64,000 nt of DNA from Bacteroidaceae bacterium (GTDB lineage: Bacteria; Bacteroidota; Bacteroidia; Bacteroidales; Bacteroidaceae): NCBI GenBank assembly GCA_017416805.1, contig JAFQBB010000030.1:16341-80340 (forward strand), read 5' to 3'. The notes beneath the pieces were generated by a model that made no database searches, was not told the origin of the DNA, and saw only the letters and a list, made by a program, of their open reading frames with translations. This document shows, piece after piece, positions 49,158 to 59,199 of the stretch; position 1 is the first letter of the stretch, and each line of letters begins with the position of its first letter. The position numbers were made by a program, and so were the translations under genes.

Positions 49158-50177
49158 TTACTTCGAATTACTCTTATAATACTTAATCATCTTAGGAATC
49201 ACCTCTTCCACAGTGCCGTTGATGACGTAGTCGGCAATGGTGTTGATGGGGGCGTTCGGGTCGTTGTTGATAGAGATGATGATGCCTGCCTCCTGCATAC
49301 CGGCAATGTGCTGGATTTGTCCGCTGATGCCGCATGCAATGTAGAGTTTCGGACGAACGGTGACACCTGTCTGACCAATCTGACGATCATGGTCGCAGAA
49401 GCCTGCATCCACGGCGGCACGGCTGGCACCTACTTCAGCGTGAAGTTCCTTGGCAAGGTCGAACAACATGTCGAAGCCTTCCTTGCTTCCCATACCATAT
49501 CCACCGGCAATCACGATGGGAGCACCCTTGAGGTTGTGCTTTGCCTTCTCTACGTGACGGTCGATAACCTTTACCACATAGTCGGTCTCGGGTACATACT
49601 TGGCCACGTCGTGACGGATAACTTCGCCCTTATAGTTGGGATCGAGGATTTCCTTCTTCATCACACCCTCACGCACGGTAGCCATTTGAGGACGGTTGTC
49701 GGGGTTCACGATAGTAGCTACGATGTTACCACCGAAGGCAGGACGAATCTGATAGAGCAGGTTTTCATACACTTTGCCAGCCTTCTTGTCTTCGTACTCA
49801 CCAATTTCGAGTGAAGTACAGTCGGCGGTCAATCCGCTGAACAGGGCTGAAGAGACGCGAGGACCGAGGTCGCGACCGATAACGGTAGCACCCATCAGAC
49901 AGATTTGGGGTTTCTCTTCCTTGAACAGATTTACCAGCACTGAGGTGTGAGGTAATGAAGTATAGGGGAACAAGCCCTCTGCATCGAACACATGGAGAGT
50001 GTCCACACCATAGGGCATCACTTGCTTTTCTACGCCGTCCAATCCGCTTCCCACGGCTACGGCTTCCAGCTGGCAACCCAATTGGTTGGCCAACTTGCGA
50101 CCTTTGGTCAGGAGTTCGAGGCTCACGTCGGCAACGGTCTGGCCTTCAATCTCCAAATATACATATACGTTATTCAT
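49158..50177 (-). CDS. etfA: Electron transfer flavoprotein subunit alpha
   Basis: 339 aa. FAD-binding C-terminal block YIACGISGQIQHIAGM. Confidence 0.9.
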   Translation of the reverse strand: MNNVYVYLEIEGQTVADVSLELLTKGRKLANQLGCQLEAVAVGSGLDGVEKQVMPYGVDTLHVFDAEGLFPYTSLPHTSVLVNLFKEEKPQICLMGATVIGRDLGPRVSSALFSGLTADCTSLEIGEYEDKKAGKVYENLLYQIRPAFGGNIVATIVNPDNRPQMATVREGVMKKEILDPNYKGEVIRHDVAKYVPETDYVVKVIDRHVEKAKHNLKGAPIVIAGGYGMGSKEGFDMLFDLAKELHAEVGASRAAVDAGFCDHDRQIGQTGVTVRPKLYIACGISGQIQHIAGMQEAGIIISINNDPNAPINTIADYVINGTVEEVIPKMIKYYKSNSK

Positions 50178-50193
50178 ATTTCTTATTTATTGT

Positions 50194-50350
50194 GGAGTTA
50201 GAGGAGTTATCGCTTCGCTAGAAGTTACCACTTCGCTTTGCTCGTTAGGAGTTAAAGCCAAATGTATTGCTTACATAATTTGCCAAACTATTGGCTCTAA
50301 CTCCTAGGCTCGTCAGAGCCGATAACTTCTTTAACTTCTTTTTATCTCCT
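50194..50350. repeat. GGAGTTA-family composite hairpin element, copy 3 (fills the etfA-etfB gap)
   Basis: GGAGTTAGAGGAGTTATCGCTTCGC...TTAGGAGTTAAAGCCAAATG...CTATTGGCTCTAACTCCTAGGCTCGTCAGAGCCGATAAC. Confidence 0.9.
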
Positions 50351-50359
50351 TTTAAAACT

Positions 50360-51253
50360 TTATCCAATCGTATGATTCTCCAGCAGTTCAACAATCAGTC
50401 CTTCGATGTCTGCATCGCTTCCGGTGAGAGTCTTGCTCTCTTTGGCTTGGAAGGAGATGTTTTGGATAGCCTTCACCTTGGTGGGCGAGCCAGAGAGACC
50501 GCATTGCTTCAAGTCGCCATCCACATCGGCCACACTCCATTCGGTAATGTTCAGGTAGGGCAACTTGTCGTACAATTCAGCATAGGGCAGGGCTGCACCT
50601 TCCTTAGTGATGGCTGCTTTCTCCTGTGCGCCGAGTGCACGTTTGTATTTCATTACTAACTTGGCATTGCGTGGACGGCAGGGAGCTGCACTTCCGTTTA
50701 CGGTGATGACGATGGGCAGAGGACCTTCTACGGTTTCTACACCACCATCGATATGGCGCTTCACGGTGATACGTTTGGCATTCAAGTCAACGTTCAAGAT
50801 TTCCTCAGCATATGTAATCTGTGTCAATCCCAATTTCTCAGCAACCTGAGGACCTACCTGGGCAGTATCGCCATCGATAGCTTGGCGGCCGCCGATGATG
50901 ATGTCATACTCTCCAATCTTCTTGATGGCCGTAGCCAAAGCATACGAAGTAGCCAAAGTGTCTGCACCGGCAAACGCGCGGTCGGTCAACAGATAACCGG
51001 TATCTGCTCCGCGGAAAAGACCTTCGCGAATCACTTCAGCGGCACGTCCGGGACCCATGGTCAGGATGGTCACGGTAGAACCCGGGTGAGCATCTTTCAG
51101 TCTCAGAGCCTGCTCGAGTGCGTTCAGGTCTTCGGGATTGAAGATGGCAGGCAGGGCGGCACGGTTTACGGTACCCTCTGCGGTCATGGCATCTTTCCCC
51201 ACATTGCGTGTGTCGGGTACTTGCTTCGCCAATACTACAATTTTCAAACTCAT
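50360..51253 (-). CDS. etfB: Electron transfer flavoprotein subunit beta
   Basis: MSLKIVVLAKQVPDT N-terminus. Start taken at this Met rather than the track's 51304. Confidence 0.9.
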   Translation of the reverse strand: MSLKIVVLAKQVPDTRNVGKDAMTAEGTVNRAALPAIFNPEDLNALEQALRLKDAHPGSTVTILTMGPGRAAEVIREGLFRGADTGYLLTDRAFAGADTLATSYALATAIKKIGEYDIIIGGRQAIDGDTAQVGPQVAEKLGLTQITYAEEILNVDLNAKRITVKRHIDGGVETVEGPLPIVITVNGSAAPCRPRNAKLVMKYKRALGAQEKAAITKEGAALPYAELYDKLPYLNITEWSVADVDGDLKQCGLSGSPTKVKAIQNISFQAKESKTLTGSDADIEGLIVELLENHTIG

Positions 51254-51349
51254 CTTACTTATTAGTTTTAAAATTAATGTTTGTTTATATTCAACTTTGG
51301 TCAAGCCTTATGTCTGTACCGTCAGGGCACAATTCAGGCTATCAGTTGG

Positions 51350-51357
51350 CAAATGTA
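51350..51357 (-). promoter_or_regulatory. Candidate -7 box (TACATTTG on the minus strand) for etfB-etfA-acd
   Basis: The plus strand reads CAAATGTA, 97 nt upstream of the etfB start. Confidence 0.35.
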
Positions 51358-51674
51358 CGCAAATCACTTTAACTGACAAAGAAAATGGATGGAAAATTGC
51401 ACACTTTTGGCAAATTTGAGCAAAAGAATGCTCTTGTTGATATCATTATTGATAACTCATAGTACACTTGTTTCTTTTATGATGAGGATTTGTAGGAATT
51501 ACCATAAAAATCTCTCTCTATTTTTATGGATTTGGATGAATATTATTTTTTTCCTGTCTGAGAAAAATATCTTTCAGGTAGGGGAAAAATAGTTGATAGG
51601 TAATAGAGAAATATTTCTTAGGTAGTAGAGTGGATTTTTTGTCTTAATTTTTTGGCATTTTATTTAAAAACATG

Positions 51675-51682
51675 TACTTTTG
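51675..51682 (+). promoter_or_regulatory. Candidate -7 box TACTTTTG upstream of the response regulator
   Basis: Matches TAnnTTTG, 29 nt upstream of the ATG at 51711. Confidence 0.5.
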
Positions 51683-51710
51683 TCAACAATGAATAAAATA
51701 GTATATCGTC

Positions 51711-52382
51711 ATGAAGATACTGCTTGTTGAAGACGAACCTGCTTTGCAGGAGGTGGTGCGTACTTCGTTGGAGAAGGAGCGCTACGTGGTGGAGGTGGCC
51801 GACACGTGCCTGGCAGCCATGCGCAAGGTGAATGCCTATGCCTACGATTGCATCCTGCTTGACATCATGTTGCCCGATGGTAGCGGCTTGCAACTGCTCG
51901 AGCACTTGAAGAAGCTGCAGAAACAGGAGAGTGTCATTATCATTTCGGCCAAAGATTCGTTGGACGATAAGGTGGCCGGCCTTGAACTGGGAGCTGATGA
52001 CTATCTGCCCAAACCTTTCCATCTGGCAGAACTTCATGCCCGCATCCGTAGTGTCATCCGACGTGGACAACGGGGTGGTGACTTGAATATTAGCATAGAA
52101 AATCTTACCATTAATCCTGACAAACATCACGTCAGTGTAAATGGGCAAGTGCTCGACTTAGGGCGCAAGGAGTATGACATTCTTCTCTATTTTGTCAATC
52201 GGCGTGGTCATCTCGTCAAGAAAGAGGTATTGGCCGAAGCTGTTTGGGGAGACGATATGGATCAGGCAGATAACTACGACTTCATCTATGCCCAACTGAA
52301 GAACTTGCGTCGGAAACTCTCTGCCGCAGGTGCTGAGGTTGAAATAAAGACAGTGTATGGATTTGGATATAAATTGATATGA
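51711..52382 (+). CDS. OmpR/PhoB-family response regulator
   Basis: Receiver domain (ILLVEDE, ILLDIMLPDGSG, SAKD). C-terminal winged-helix domain ending VYGFGYKL. Confidence 0.9.
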   Translation: MKILLVEDEPALQEVVRTSLEKERYVVEVADTCLAAMRKVNAYAYDCILLDIMLPDGSGLQLLEHLKKLQKQESVIIISAKDSLDDKVAGLELGADDYLPKPFHLAELHARIRSVIRRGQRGGDLNISIENLTINPDKHHVSVNGQVLDLGRKEYDILLYFVNRRGHLVKKEVLAEAVWGDDMDQADNYDFIYAQLKNLRRKLSAAGAEVEIKTVYGFGYKLI

Positions 52383-52385
52383 ACA

Positions 52386-52605
52386 GGAGTAAAAGGAGTT
52401 TCTTTTTAAGGAGTTAAAGGAGTTAAAGGAGTTATCACTCGCTTTGCTCGTTAGGAGTTATCGCAGGCAAGGCCTGCTAGCCAATAGTAAAGCTATCATG
52501 CAAGCAGCACATTCGGCTTTAACTCCTTTAACTCCTAGCGAAGCGATAACTCCTTTAACTCCTCCTAAAACAACTCCTTCAAAGAAAACTCCCTTTAATT
52601 CCTCC
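52386..52605. repeat. GGAGTTA-family composite hairpin element, copy 4 (between the response regulator and the histidine kinase)
   Basis: AAGGAGTTAAAGGAGTTAAAGGAGTTATCACTCGCTTTGCTCGTTAGGAGTTATCGCAGGCAAGGCCTGCTAGCCAATAG...TTTAACTCCTAGCGAAGCGATAACTCCTTTAACTCC. Confidence 0.9.
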
Positions 52606-52619
52606 AAAAATAAAGTTTT

Positions 52620-53906
52620 ATGACCCTCACATCCCGTATCATCCGCCGTGTATCGGCTTTTCTGTTCGTAATACTCACTTTATGGTCCGTACTTTTCTAT
52701 CTCGTCATGATGGATGAAATCACAGATGAGGTGGACGACGCCATTGACCTCTATGCCGAAAACGTCATTACCCGTTATCTGGCCGGAAAGGAATTGCCCG
52801 ATACGGACAATGGGACAAACAATAGCTACCACATCAATCGGGTGACGGAGGAGTATGCCCGTACACATCCGCATTTCTCATATACAGACGAGACACTATA
52901 TATTGCAGATAAGCACGAGGCTGAGCCGGCCCGTGTGATGAAGACTATTTTCCGCAATTCCATAGGGGAGTGGATGGAGCTTACCGTCATTACCCCCACC
53001 ATTGAAAAGAAAGATTTGATGGAGTCAATTGCCTATTGGATATTGGGTCTGTATCTGGCCGTTGTGATCACTATCATTGTGGTGAATGCTTGGGTCATAC
53101 GTCGCTCTATGCGTCCGCTTTACCGTTTGCTCGGCTGGCTTGACCGTTACAATATCAATGAGCAGGCGGATCCGATTGACAATCCTACAACGGTGACCGA
53201 ATTTCAAACACTGAACGATGCTATCCAACGTTTTTCGCAAAGGAATCATGAATTGTTTGAACAACAGAAGCGCTTTATCGGTGATGCTTCGCACGAACTC
53301 CAGACACCCATTGCCATTTGTCTGAATCGTCTCGAGATGCTTTGCGATACAGATCTTGGCGAAGAGCAGATGGGAGAGGTCATCAAAACCCTTCAGACAC
53401 TGGAGCACATGTCAGAGTTGAATCGCTCGCTTCTGCTTCTCTCCAAGATAGACAATCATCAATATCTTGATACTGTACCTGTGGACATGGCCGCTTTGGT
53501 GCATCAGACACAGAATGAATACCGCCGTATGGCCGCAGAGCGGAAAGTGAAAGTGACTATTGAAGAAACCTGTCACCTTGTGTGGACAATGAATCCGACT
53601 TTGGCCAAGATACTCGTCCATAACCTTTATCGCAATGCTCTTGTTCACAATTTGGCAGAGGGCGATGGAGAACTACATATATATATAGGTACGCGCGAAA
53701 TGGCATTTAGTAATACCGGAGCCCCCGTGGCTCTTGATGAGGAGCATATCTTTGACCGCTTCTACAAGGAGGGTGGGCGCGAAGGGTCCAGTGGACTTGG
53801 TCTTGCCATTGTGAAAGCTATTTGTGATACAAGCGACCTGTCTGTAGGTTATGATTTTGTGGAAAGAAAGCATAGGTTTGTGGTGGGATTCTTTAAAAGA
53901 AGTTAG
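52620..53906 (+). CDS. Sensor histidine kinase (two TM segments, HisKA + HATPase_c)
   Basis: H-box FIGDASHELQTPI and G2 box GLGLAIVKAI. Confidence 0.9.
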   Translation: MTLTSRIIRRVSAFLFVILTLWSVLFYLVMMDEITDEVDDAIDLYAENVITRYLAGKELPDTDNGTNNSYHINRVTEEYARTHPHFSYTDETLYIADKHEAEPARVMKTIFRNSIGEWMELTVITPTIEKKDLMESIAYWILGLYLAVVITIIVVNAWVIRRSMRPLYRLLGWLDRYNINEQADPIDNPTTVTEFQTLNDAIQRFSQRNHELFEQQKRFIGDASHELQTPIAICLNRLEMLCDTDLGEEQMGEVIKTLQTLEHMSELNRSLLLLSKIDNHQYLDTVPVDMAALVHQTQNEYRRMAAERKVKVTIEETCHLVWTMNPTLAKILVHNLYRNALVHNLAEGDGELHIYIGTREMAFSNTGAPVALDEEHIFDRFYKEGGREGSSGLGLAIVKAICDTSDLSVGYDFVERKHRFVVGFFKRS

Positions 53907-53968
53907 AGGAGGGCTCCTTCTATCTCCCTTTATTTCCCTCAGTAAAGTGAAAAACTCCCCCTCTCCTC
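53899..53968. repeat. Partial or degenerate GGAGTTA-family remnant overlapping the kinase stop codon
   Basis: GAAGTTAGAGGAG followed by TCTATCTCCCTTTATTTCCCTC. The same 15-mer, TCTATCTCCCTTTAT, is in the tail at 49131. Confidence 0.6.
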
Positions 53969-54076
53969 AAAAAAAATCGCAAAAATATTCTTTTTTCAGA
54001 TTCTTTTCAGATTGTCCTGATATCTTTGCATCAGAAACATTGAACAAAGAGTATTAACTAATAAAAAAGTAAGATT

Positions 54077-54505
54077 ATGAAAAAGGTATTATTTGCTATC
54101 GTATGTTTGTTTGCACTGAGTACTCAAACTTTCGCTGACCGTCCCGTAGAGAAGTCACAACTTCCCGTTAAGGTGCAGGAGTTTATAAAGCAACACTTCT
54201 CCAATGTAGAGATTTCGTATGCCAAGCAGGACAATGATTGGTTCGAACGTGACTATACCGTAGTGTTGACCAATGGTGACAAGTTGGAATTCACTAGCAA
54301 AGGCGAATGGAAAGATGTGGATTGCGAGCACAACCAAGTGCCAGAGGCCATTATACCAACTGCCATCCGTAAGTATTTGAACGAAAATCAGAAAGGACAC
54401 CGTGTGGTGGAAATCAAGAAAGAGCGCCGTCATTATGATGTAAAATTGAGCAATAAGTTGGAGATGGAGTTCAGCCTCGATGGCAAGTTGTTGCGGTATG
54501 ATTGA
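54077..54505 (+). CDS. PepSY-like (DUF2874-type) periplasmic protein
   Basis: Signal peptide. Repeated LP..V..FI..HF / EWKDVDC modules. Usual partner of this RR/HK pair in Bacteroidetes (from memory). Confidence 0.6.
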   Translation: MKKVLFAIVCLFALSTQTFADRPVEKSQLPVKVQEFIKQHFSNVEISYAKQDNDWFERDYTVVLTNGDKLEFTSKGEWKDVDCEHNQVPEAIIPTAIRKYLNENQKGHRVVEIKKERRHYDVKLSNKLEMEFSLDGKLLRYD

Positions 54506-54510
54506 AATTT

Positions 54511-54687
54511 GAGGAGTTAGAGGAGTTAAAGGAGTTATCGGCTCTTCGAGCCTAAGGAGTTATCGCAGGCTTAGGCCTGCTGGCCAATAGTTTTGCTGGC
54601 ATGTGTTCATTGAGATTATTCATAGTCGAAACTATCGGCTTTTAACTCCTAACGAGCGCAGCGAGTGATAACTCCCTTTAACTCCTT
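54511..54687. repeat. GGAGTTA-family composite hairpin element, copy 5 (after the PepSY-like gene)
   Basis: GAGGAGTTAGAGGAGTTAAAGGAGTTATCGGCTCTTCGAGCCTAAGGAGTTATCGCAGGCTTAGGCCTGCTGGCCAATAG...TAACTCCTAACGAGCGCAGCGAGTGATAACTCCCTTTAACTCC. Confidence 0.9.
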
Positions 54688-54778
54688 AAAAAATCCCCCT
54701 AAAAATTTCTTCAATTGAAAACTTTCCTCTATCTTCGCACAATCAATTTAATTTTAACTTTAAAAACTTTAGAATATT

Positions 54779-55357
54779 ATGAGCAAGAGTTTGAAAGGAA
54801 CACAGACAGAGAAGAACCTCGGCATTTCATTTGCCGGTGAGTCACAAGCACGTATGCGTTATACATATTTTGCCAGCGCTGCCAAGAAAGAAGGTTATGA
54901 GCAGATTGCTGCCATCTTCCAGGAGACAGCCGACCAGGAGAAGGAGCATGCCAAGCGTATGTTCAAGTGGTTGGAAGGCGGCATGGTAGAAATCACTGCT
55001 AGCTATCCCTCAGGTGTGATTGGCACCACGTTGGAAAATCTGAAAGCTGCTGCTGCCGGTGAAAACGAAGAGTGGACAATGGACTATCCCAAGTTTGCCG
55101 ACATTGCCGACGAAGAAGGTTTCCCCGCCATCGCCAAGATGTATCGCGAAATTGCCAAGGCAGAGAAGGGACACGAAGAGCGCTACCTCGCCCTGGCCAA
55201 GAACGTAGAAGAAGGCAAAGTATTTGTCAAGGACGAAGAAGTTACATGGCAGTGCCGTAATTGTGGCTACATCCACACCGGCAAGGAAGCTCCCAAGACA
55301 TGTCCCGCCTGCGCACATCCTCAGGCATACTTCGAAGTAATGAAAACCAACTATTGA
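54779..55357 (+). CDS. rbr: Rubrerythrin
   Basis: Ferritin-like diiron ligands (EKEHAKRM, EKGHEERY) and a C-terminal rubredoxin-like CRNCGY...CPACAHP. Confidence 0.95.
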   Translation: MSKSLKGTQTEKNLGISFAGESQARMRYTYFASAAKKEGYEQIAAIFQETADQEKEHAKRMFKWLEGGMVEITASYPSGVIGTTLENLKAAAAGENEEWTMDYPKFADIADEEGFPAIAKMYREIAKAEKGHEERYLALAKNVEEGKVFVKDEEVTWQCRNCGYIHTGKEAPKTCPACAHPQAYFEVMKTNY

Positions 55358-55532
55358 TACAGAAAATGTGAAATGATAAAAGAGAGGGACTGTTTGAAGA
55401 ATGGTTCCTCTCTTTAAATTATGAGCCAGTCTTAATGGATCGTTCAGTTTGATTCGGAAGTGGATTGGATATTTTTTGATTGGCAGATTTAACAAAACCT
55501 TTCCATCCTTTGCCACTTCAAGAGAAAAGGTG

Positions 55533-55540
55533 TATTTTTG
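55533..55540 (+). promoter_or_regulatory. Candidate -7 box TATTTTTG immediately upstream of dnaG
   Basis: Matches TAnnTTTG only 8 nt before the ATG at 55549, implying a very short or absent leader. Confidence 0.35.
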
Positions 55541-55548
55541 TGGCAGAA

Positions 55549-57714
55549 ATGATTGACCAAGCTACCATAGACCGGATATTGGACGCGGCACAGATTGTGG
55601 ACGTAGTGTCAGAGTTCGTCACGCTGAAAAGAGCGGGGGTGAACTATAAGGGATTGTGTCCGTTTCATAACGAGAAGACACCGTCGTTTGTGGTGTCTCC
55701 TTCCAAAGGGCTGTGCAAATGTTTCTCCTGCGGAAAGGGAGGAAATGTGGTGCACTTCATCATGGAGCATGAGCAGCTCAACTACTACGAAGCGCTGAAG
55801 TGGCTGGCCAGCAAATATCATATCGAAGTGAAGGAGCGCGAACTGAGCGCTGAAGAGAAGCAGGTACAGAACGACCGCGAAAGTATGTTTGTGGTGAACG
55901 ACTTTGCCAACAGTTATTTCCAGAACCTCCTTCACAACCACATTGACGGGCAGAGCATCGGCTTGGCTTATTTCCGCCAACGCGGTTTTCGCGACGACAT
56001 CATCCGCAAGTTCCAGTTGGGTTACAGCCTCAATGAGCGCGATGCCTTGGCTAAGGAGGCCAAGCGCAAGGGCTTCAAGGAGGAGTTCTTGGAGAAGACC
56101 GGTCTCTGTTACCGACGTGACAACGACAATCAGTTACGTGACCGTTTTTGGGGGCGTGTGATGTTTCCCGTGCATACGCTCAGCGGTAAGGTGATTGCCT
56201 TTGGCGGGCGTGTGTTGAAGACCGATGGCAAGGTGGCGAAGTACGTCAACTCCCCCGAGTCGGAAATCTATCACAAGAGCAACGAACTCTACGGCATCTA
56301 CTTTGCCAAGCAGGCCATCGTGAGGGACGACCGTTGCTTCCTCGTGGAGGGATACACCGATGTTATTTCCATGCATCAAGCGGGTATCGAAAATGTGGTG
56401 GCTTCGTCGGGTACGTCACTCACCTCCGGGCAAATCCGTCTGATACACCGTTTTACGAACAATATCACTGTGCTTTACGATGGCGACGGCGCCGGCATCA
56501 AGGCTTCTATCCGAGGCATCGACATGTTGTTGGAGGAGGGTATGAACATCAAGGTGGTGCTCCTCCCTGATGGAGAAGACCCCGACAGTTTTGCCCGAAA
56601 GCACAATGCTACCGACTACAAGGCATACATTAACGCACACGAAGTTGATTTTATCCGTTTCAAGACCAATCTGCTCCTTGAAGAGGTAGGCAACGACCCC
56701 ATCAAGCGAGCCGGACTTATTGGTGACATCGTGCGGAGCATCTCCGTCATCCCCGAAAACATCGTGCGCTCAGTCTATATCCGCGAGTGCAGCCAGCTGC
56801 TTCAGGTAGAGGAAAAACTGCTGGTGCAGGAGGTGAACAAACTGATGATGCGCACCAAGGAAGAGAAGCAGGCTGCTGCCGAGAAACAGCGCCAGCGCGA
56901 AGCGGCTAAGGTTGAAAGGGCACAACAAGATATCCCTATGCCCGATGGTGCGCCCGCACCTGAGCTATTACCTGAAGCAGTCGGTGAAATGCCTCCGGCT
57001 GGATTCCCTCCAACAGAGATTCCTCCAATGGAAGAGGTTGGTGATTCGCCTATGCCACCACCCGCACCTTTCCCTGGAGAGGGAAACACGCAAACAGCAA
57101 CTCTTCCCCCACAAGCAGACTATTCCGGTTTGATTCCTTCGCAAAACAAACAGAAGAAGGCCTACCACGACAAAGAAGTGTTGCTGATGCAACAAGTGGT
57201 CCGTTATGGCGAACGGGTGATGTATGCCGAAGAGGACGAGGAGGGTAATACCCATGAAGTGAAGGTCGCCGAGCATGTGGTTGCTGACTTGGCAATAGAT
57301 AATCTGGAGTTGCAGGATCCCATGCACCGCCGTATGTTAGACGAGGTGATGCAACGGATACATAACGACGGTTTTGTAGCTTCGCGCTATTTCTTTTCTC
57401 ACCCTGACCCACAGGTAGCACGCTTGGCGGCCGACCTTAGTAGCGACCGCTATCAACTCAGCAAGTATCATTCACGTTCACAAAAGGTGATTACAGATGA
57501 AGAACGTCTCCACGAATTGGTACCCCATCTGCTCACCGACCTTAAGTTGGCCATTGTGGAAGATGAATTGAAACAGGTGCTCACCGCTCTGCAAGATCGT
57601 ACCATCATGACCGATGCCGCCCGCTACATGGAGGTGATGAAGCGCTACAAGGACCTTTCCGAGGTACAACGTACCATTGCCAAACGTGCTGGTGACCGTG
57701 TGGTGTTGTCGTGA
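55549..57714 (+). CDS. dnaG: DNA primase
   Basis: Zinc-ribbon CPFHNEKTPSFVVSPSKGLCKCFSCGKGGN, and TOPRIM motifs LVEGYTDV and YDGDGAG. Start taken at MIDQATIDRIL. Confidence 0.92.
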   Translation: MIDQATIDRILDAAQIVDVVSEFVTLKRAGVNYKGLCPFHNEKTPSFVVSPSKGLCKCFSCGKGGNVVHFIMEHEQLNYYEALKWLASKYHIEVKERELSAEEKQVQNDRESMFVVNDFANSYFQNLLHNHIDGQSIGLAYFRQRGFRDDIIRKFQLGYSLNERDALAKEAKRKGFKEEFLEKTGLCYRRDNDNQLRDRFWGRVMFPVHTLSGKVIAFGGRVLKTDGKVAKYVNSPESEIYHKSNELYGIYFAKQAIVRDDRCFLVEGYTDVISMHQAGIENVVASSGTSLTSGQIRLIHRFTNNITVLYDGDGAGIKASIRGIDMLLEEGMNIKVVLLPDGEDPDSFARKHNATDYKAYINAHEVDFIRFKTNLLLEEVGNDPIKRAGLIGDIVRSISVIPENIVRSVYIRECSQLLQVEEKLLVQEVNKLMMRTKEEKQAAAEKQRQREAAKVERAQQDIPMPDGAPAPELLPEAVGEMPPAGFPPTEIPPMEEVGDSPMPPPAPFPGEGNTQTATLPPQADYSGLIPSQNKQKKAYHDKEVLLMQQVVRYGERVMYAEEDEEGNTHEVKVAEHVVADLAIDNLELQDPMHRRMLDEVMQRIHNDGFVASRYFFSHPDPQVARLAADLSSDRYQLSKYHSRSQKVITDEERLHELVPHLLTDLKLAIVEDELKQVLTALQDRTIMTDAARYMEVMKRYKDLSEVQRTIAKRAGDRVVLS

Positions 57715-57769
57715 AAACGAATTTAAAAAATCCAAGAACCATCATCACGATGCCCCTTGGATTCAATAC

Positions 57770-58936
57770 TCATTTCTTACTATAATCAATTGACTGGTAT
57801 CCCAATTCCGCTTGTCCTCTTTGCCCATTATCCAAATACTTTTTTAGGACATGTTTCAATCCTGCACCACGCAAGGACACCCCACGTTCTGCAATAGTTC
57901 CGTCGGGAGCAAAGAGAATCATCTCGGGAATACCTTCTATGCCATAATCCTTTTGTACTGAGGTCTCGGCGACAATCTGAGGCCAGGTGATATTCAGTTC
58001 CTTCATGCAGGGAGCAAGATTCTCGGCTTTGTCCCACACGAAGATGCCCACTACACTCAATCCTTTGTCCTTGAACTCACGATAGTTTTCTGCAATGTTA
58101 GGCACTTCGGCTTTGCAGGGGGCGCACCAACTGGACCACATGTCGATGAGCACATAGTTCCCCTTCCCGATGAAGTCGGACAGAGCGATGTCCTTGCCGT
58201 TGGCATCTTTTCCCTTGATGTCAATATAAGGTGTCCCCGGCTGGGACTTTTTCAACCGGCGCAATTTCCGTAACTTCTCTTGTGCCAAGTCGGTCTGCAG
58301 GATACTGGGGCCTGCGGATTCAATGACTTCAATCTGGTCGTCAAGGCTCAATCCGTTCAGGAAAGCAGAATAAAGCAGCGTGTAGCCAATCACATCGTCC
58401 CGATGGGCGGCAAACAACTCTTTGGCTTGAGCCGTCATCTTTTGGTGCAGTTCCTTCACGAGGGGTTGTGCCGCCTTTATAAGTTTCTGTTCATCAGGAT
58501 ATATTTGGCGAAGGCTGTCTATCCGATCGTTGTGATGAGCATATGCCTCATCTGCAAGCAAGTGTATGCGGGCATATTCCTCGTTCCCAGGTGTGCCGGT
58601 GGCAAATGGTTGTCGACCAAAAACATTGATGTTCACCATCTTCACGTTGATATGTCCATTCTCCAATATCAGGTTACTATAGAGCCTTGGGCCGACTTCG
58701 ATACGGCAATAGTCGGCTGAGTCTGCCACTCCGGTGAAGGTGAAACGGTTCCCTTCCACTTTAGTCACTCCCATGGTCTTCCCGTCGGTGTAGCGCTGCA
58801 TGTAGATCTGTTCCCCATGAAATGAAGAGTCGGGCAGTGTGCCTTCCACCACAAACGACGTAGGCGCTTGTGGCGCATTGCTACAATTGGCAAAGATAAT
58901 GGTTGCAGCAATGAGATAGAATGCTTTCTTTATCAT
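57770..58936 (-). CDS. TlpA-like thiol:disulfide oxidoreductase lipoprotein (DUF4369 N-domain + thioredoxin fold)
   Basis: Lipobox IFANC. Active site WSSWCAPCK. Confidence 0.8.
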   Translation of the reverse strand: MIKKAFYLIAATIIFANCSNAPQAPTSFVVEGTLPDSSFHGEQIYMQRYTDGKTMGVTKVEGNRFTFTGVADSADYCRIEVGPRLYSNLILENGHINVKMVNINVFGRQPFATGTPGNEEYARIHLLADEAYAHHNDRIDSLRQIYPDEQKLIKAAQPLVKELHQKMTAQAKELFAAHRDDVIGYTLLYSAFLNGLSLDDQIEVIESAGPSILQTDLAQEKLRKLRRLKKSQPGTPYIDIKGKDANGKDIALSDFIGKGNYVLIDMWSSWCAPCKAEVPNIAENYREFKDKGLSVVGIFVWDKAENLAPCMKELNITWPQIVAETSVQKDYGIEGIPEMILFAPDGTIAERGVSLRGAGLKHVLKKYLDNGQRGQAELGYQSIDYSKK

Positions 58937-58989
58937 AATGAATCGTTTTTAGGTTTAGGTGGGAATTTATAGAACCCACCTTATGCATC

Positions 58990-59199
58990 TCATTCCTTCC
59001 AATCCCCTTCTTCCAATTCGAAGATGTCGTTCACGGGAGTGTTGAAGATGGCCGACATGCGCAGGGCCAGCACCGTCGAGGGGTTGAATTTCCCCTGTTC
59101 GATGGCCACGATGGTCTGTCGGCTCACGTGTACACGGTCGGCCAGGTCCTGTTGCGTCATGCGCAGCTTGGCACGTTCTACTCGCAGGTTATTCTTCAT
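58990..59199 (-). CDS. Small Xre/Cro-type helix-turn-helix transcriptional regulator
   Basis: 69 aa: RAKLRMTQQDLADRVHVSRQTIVAIEQGKFNPS. Confidence 0.85.
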   Translation of the reverse strand: MKNNLRVERAKLRMTQQDLADRVHVSRQTIVAIEQGKFNPSTVLALRMSAIFNTPVNDIFELEEGDWKE

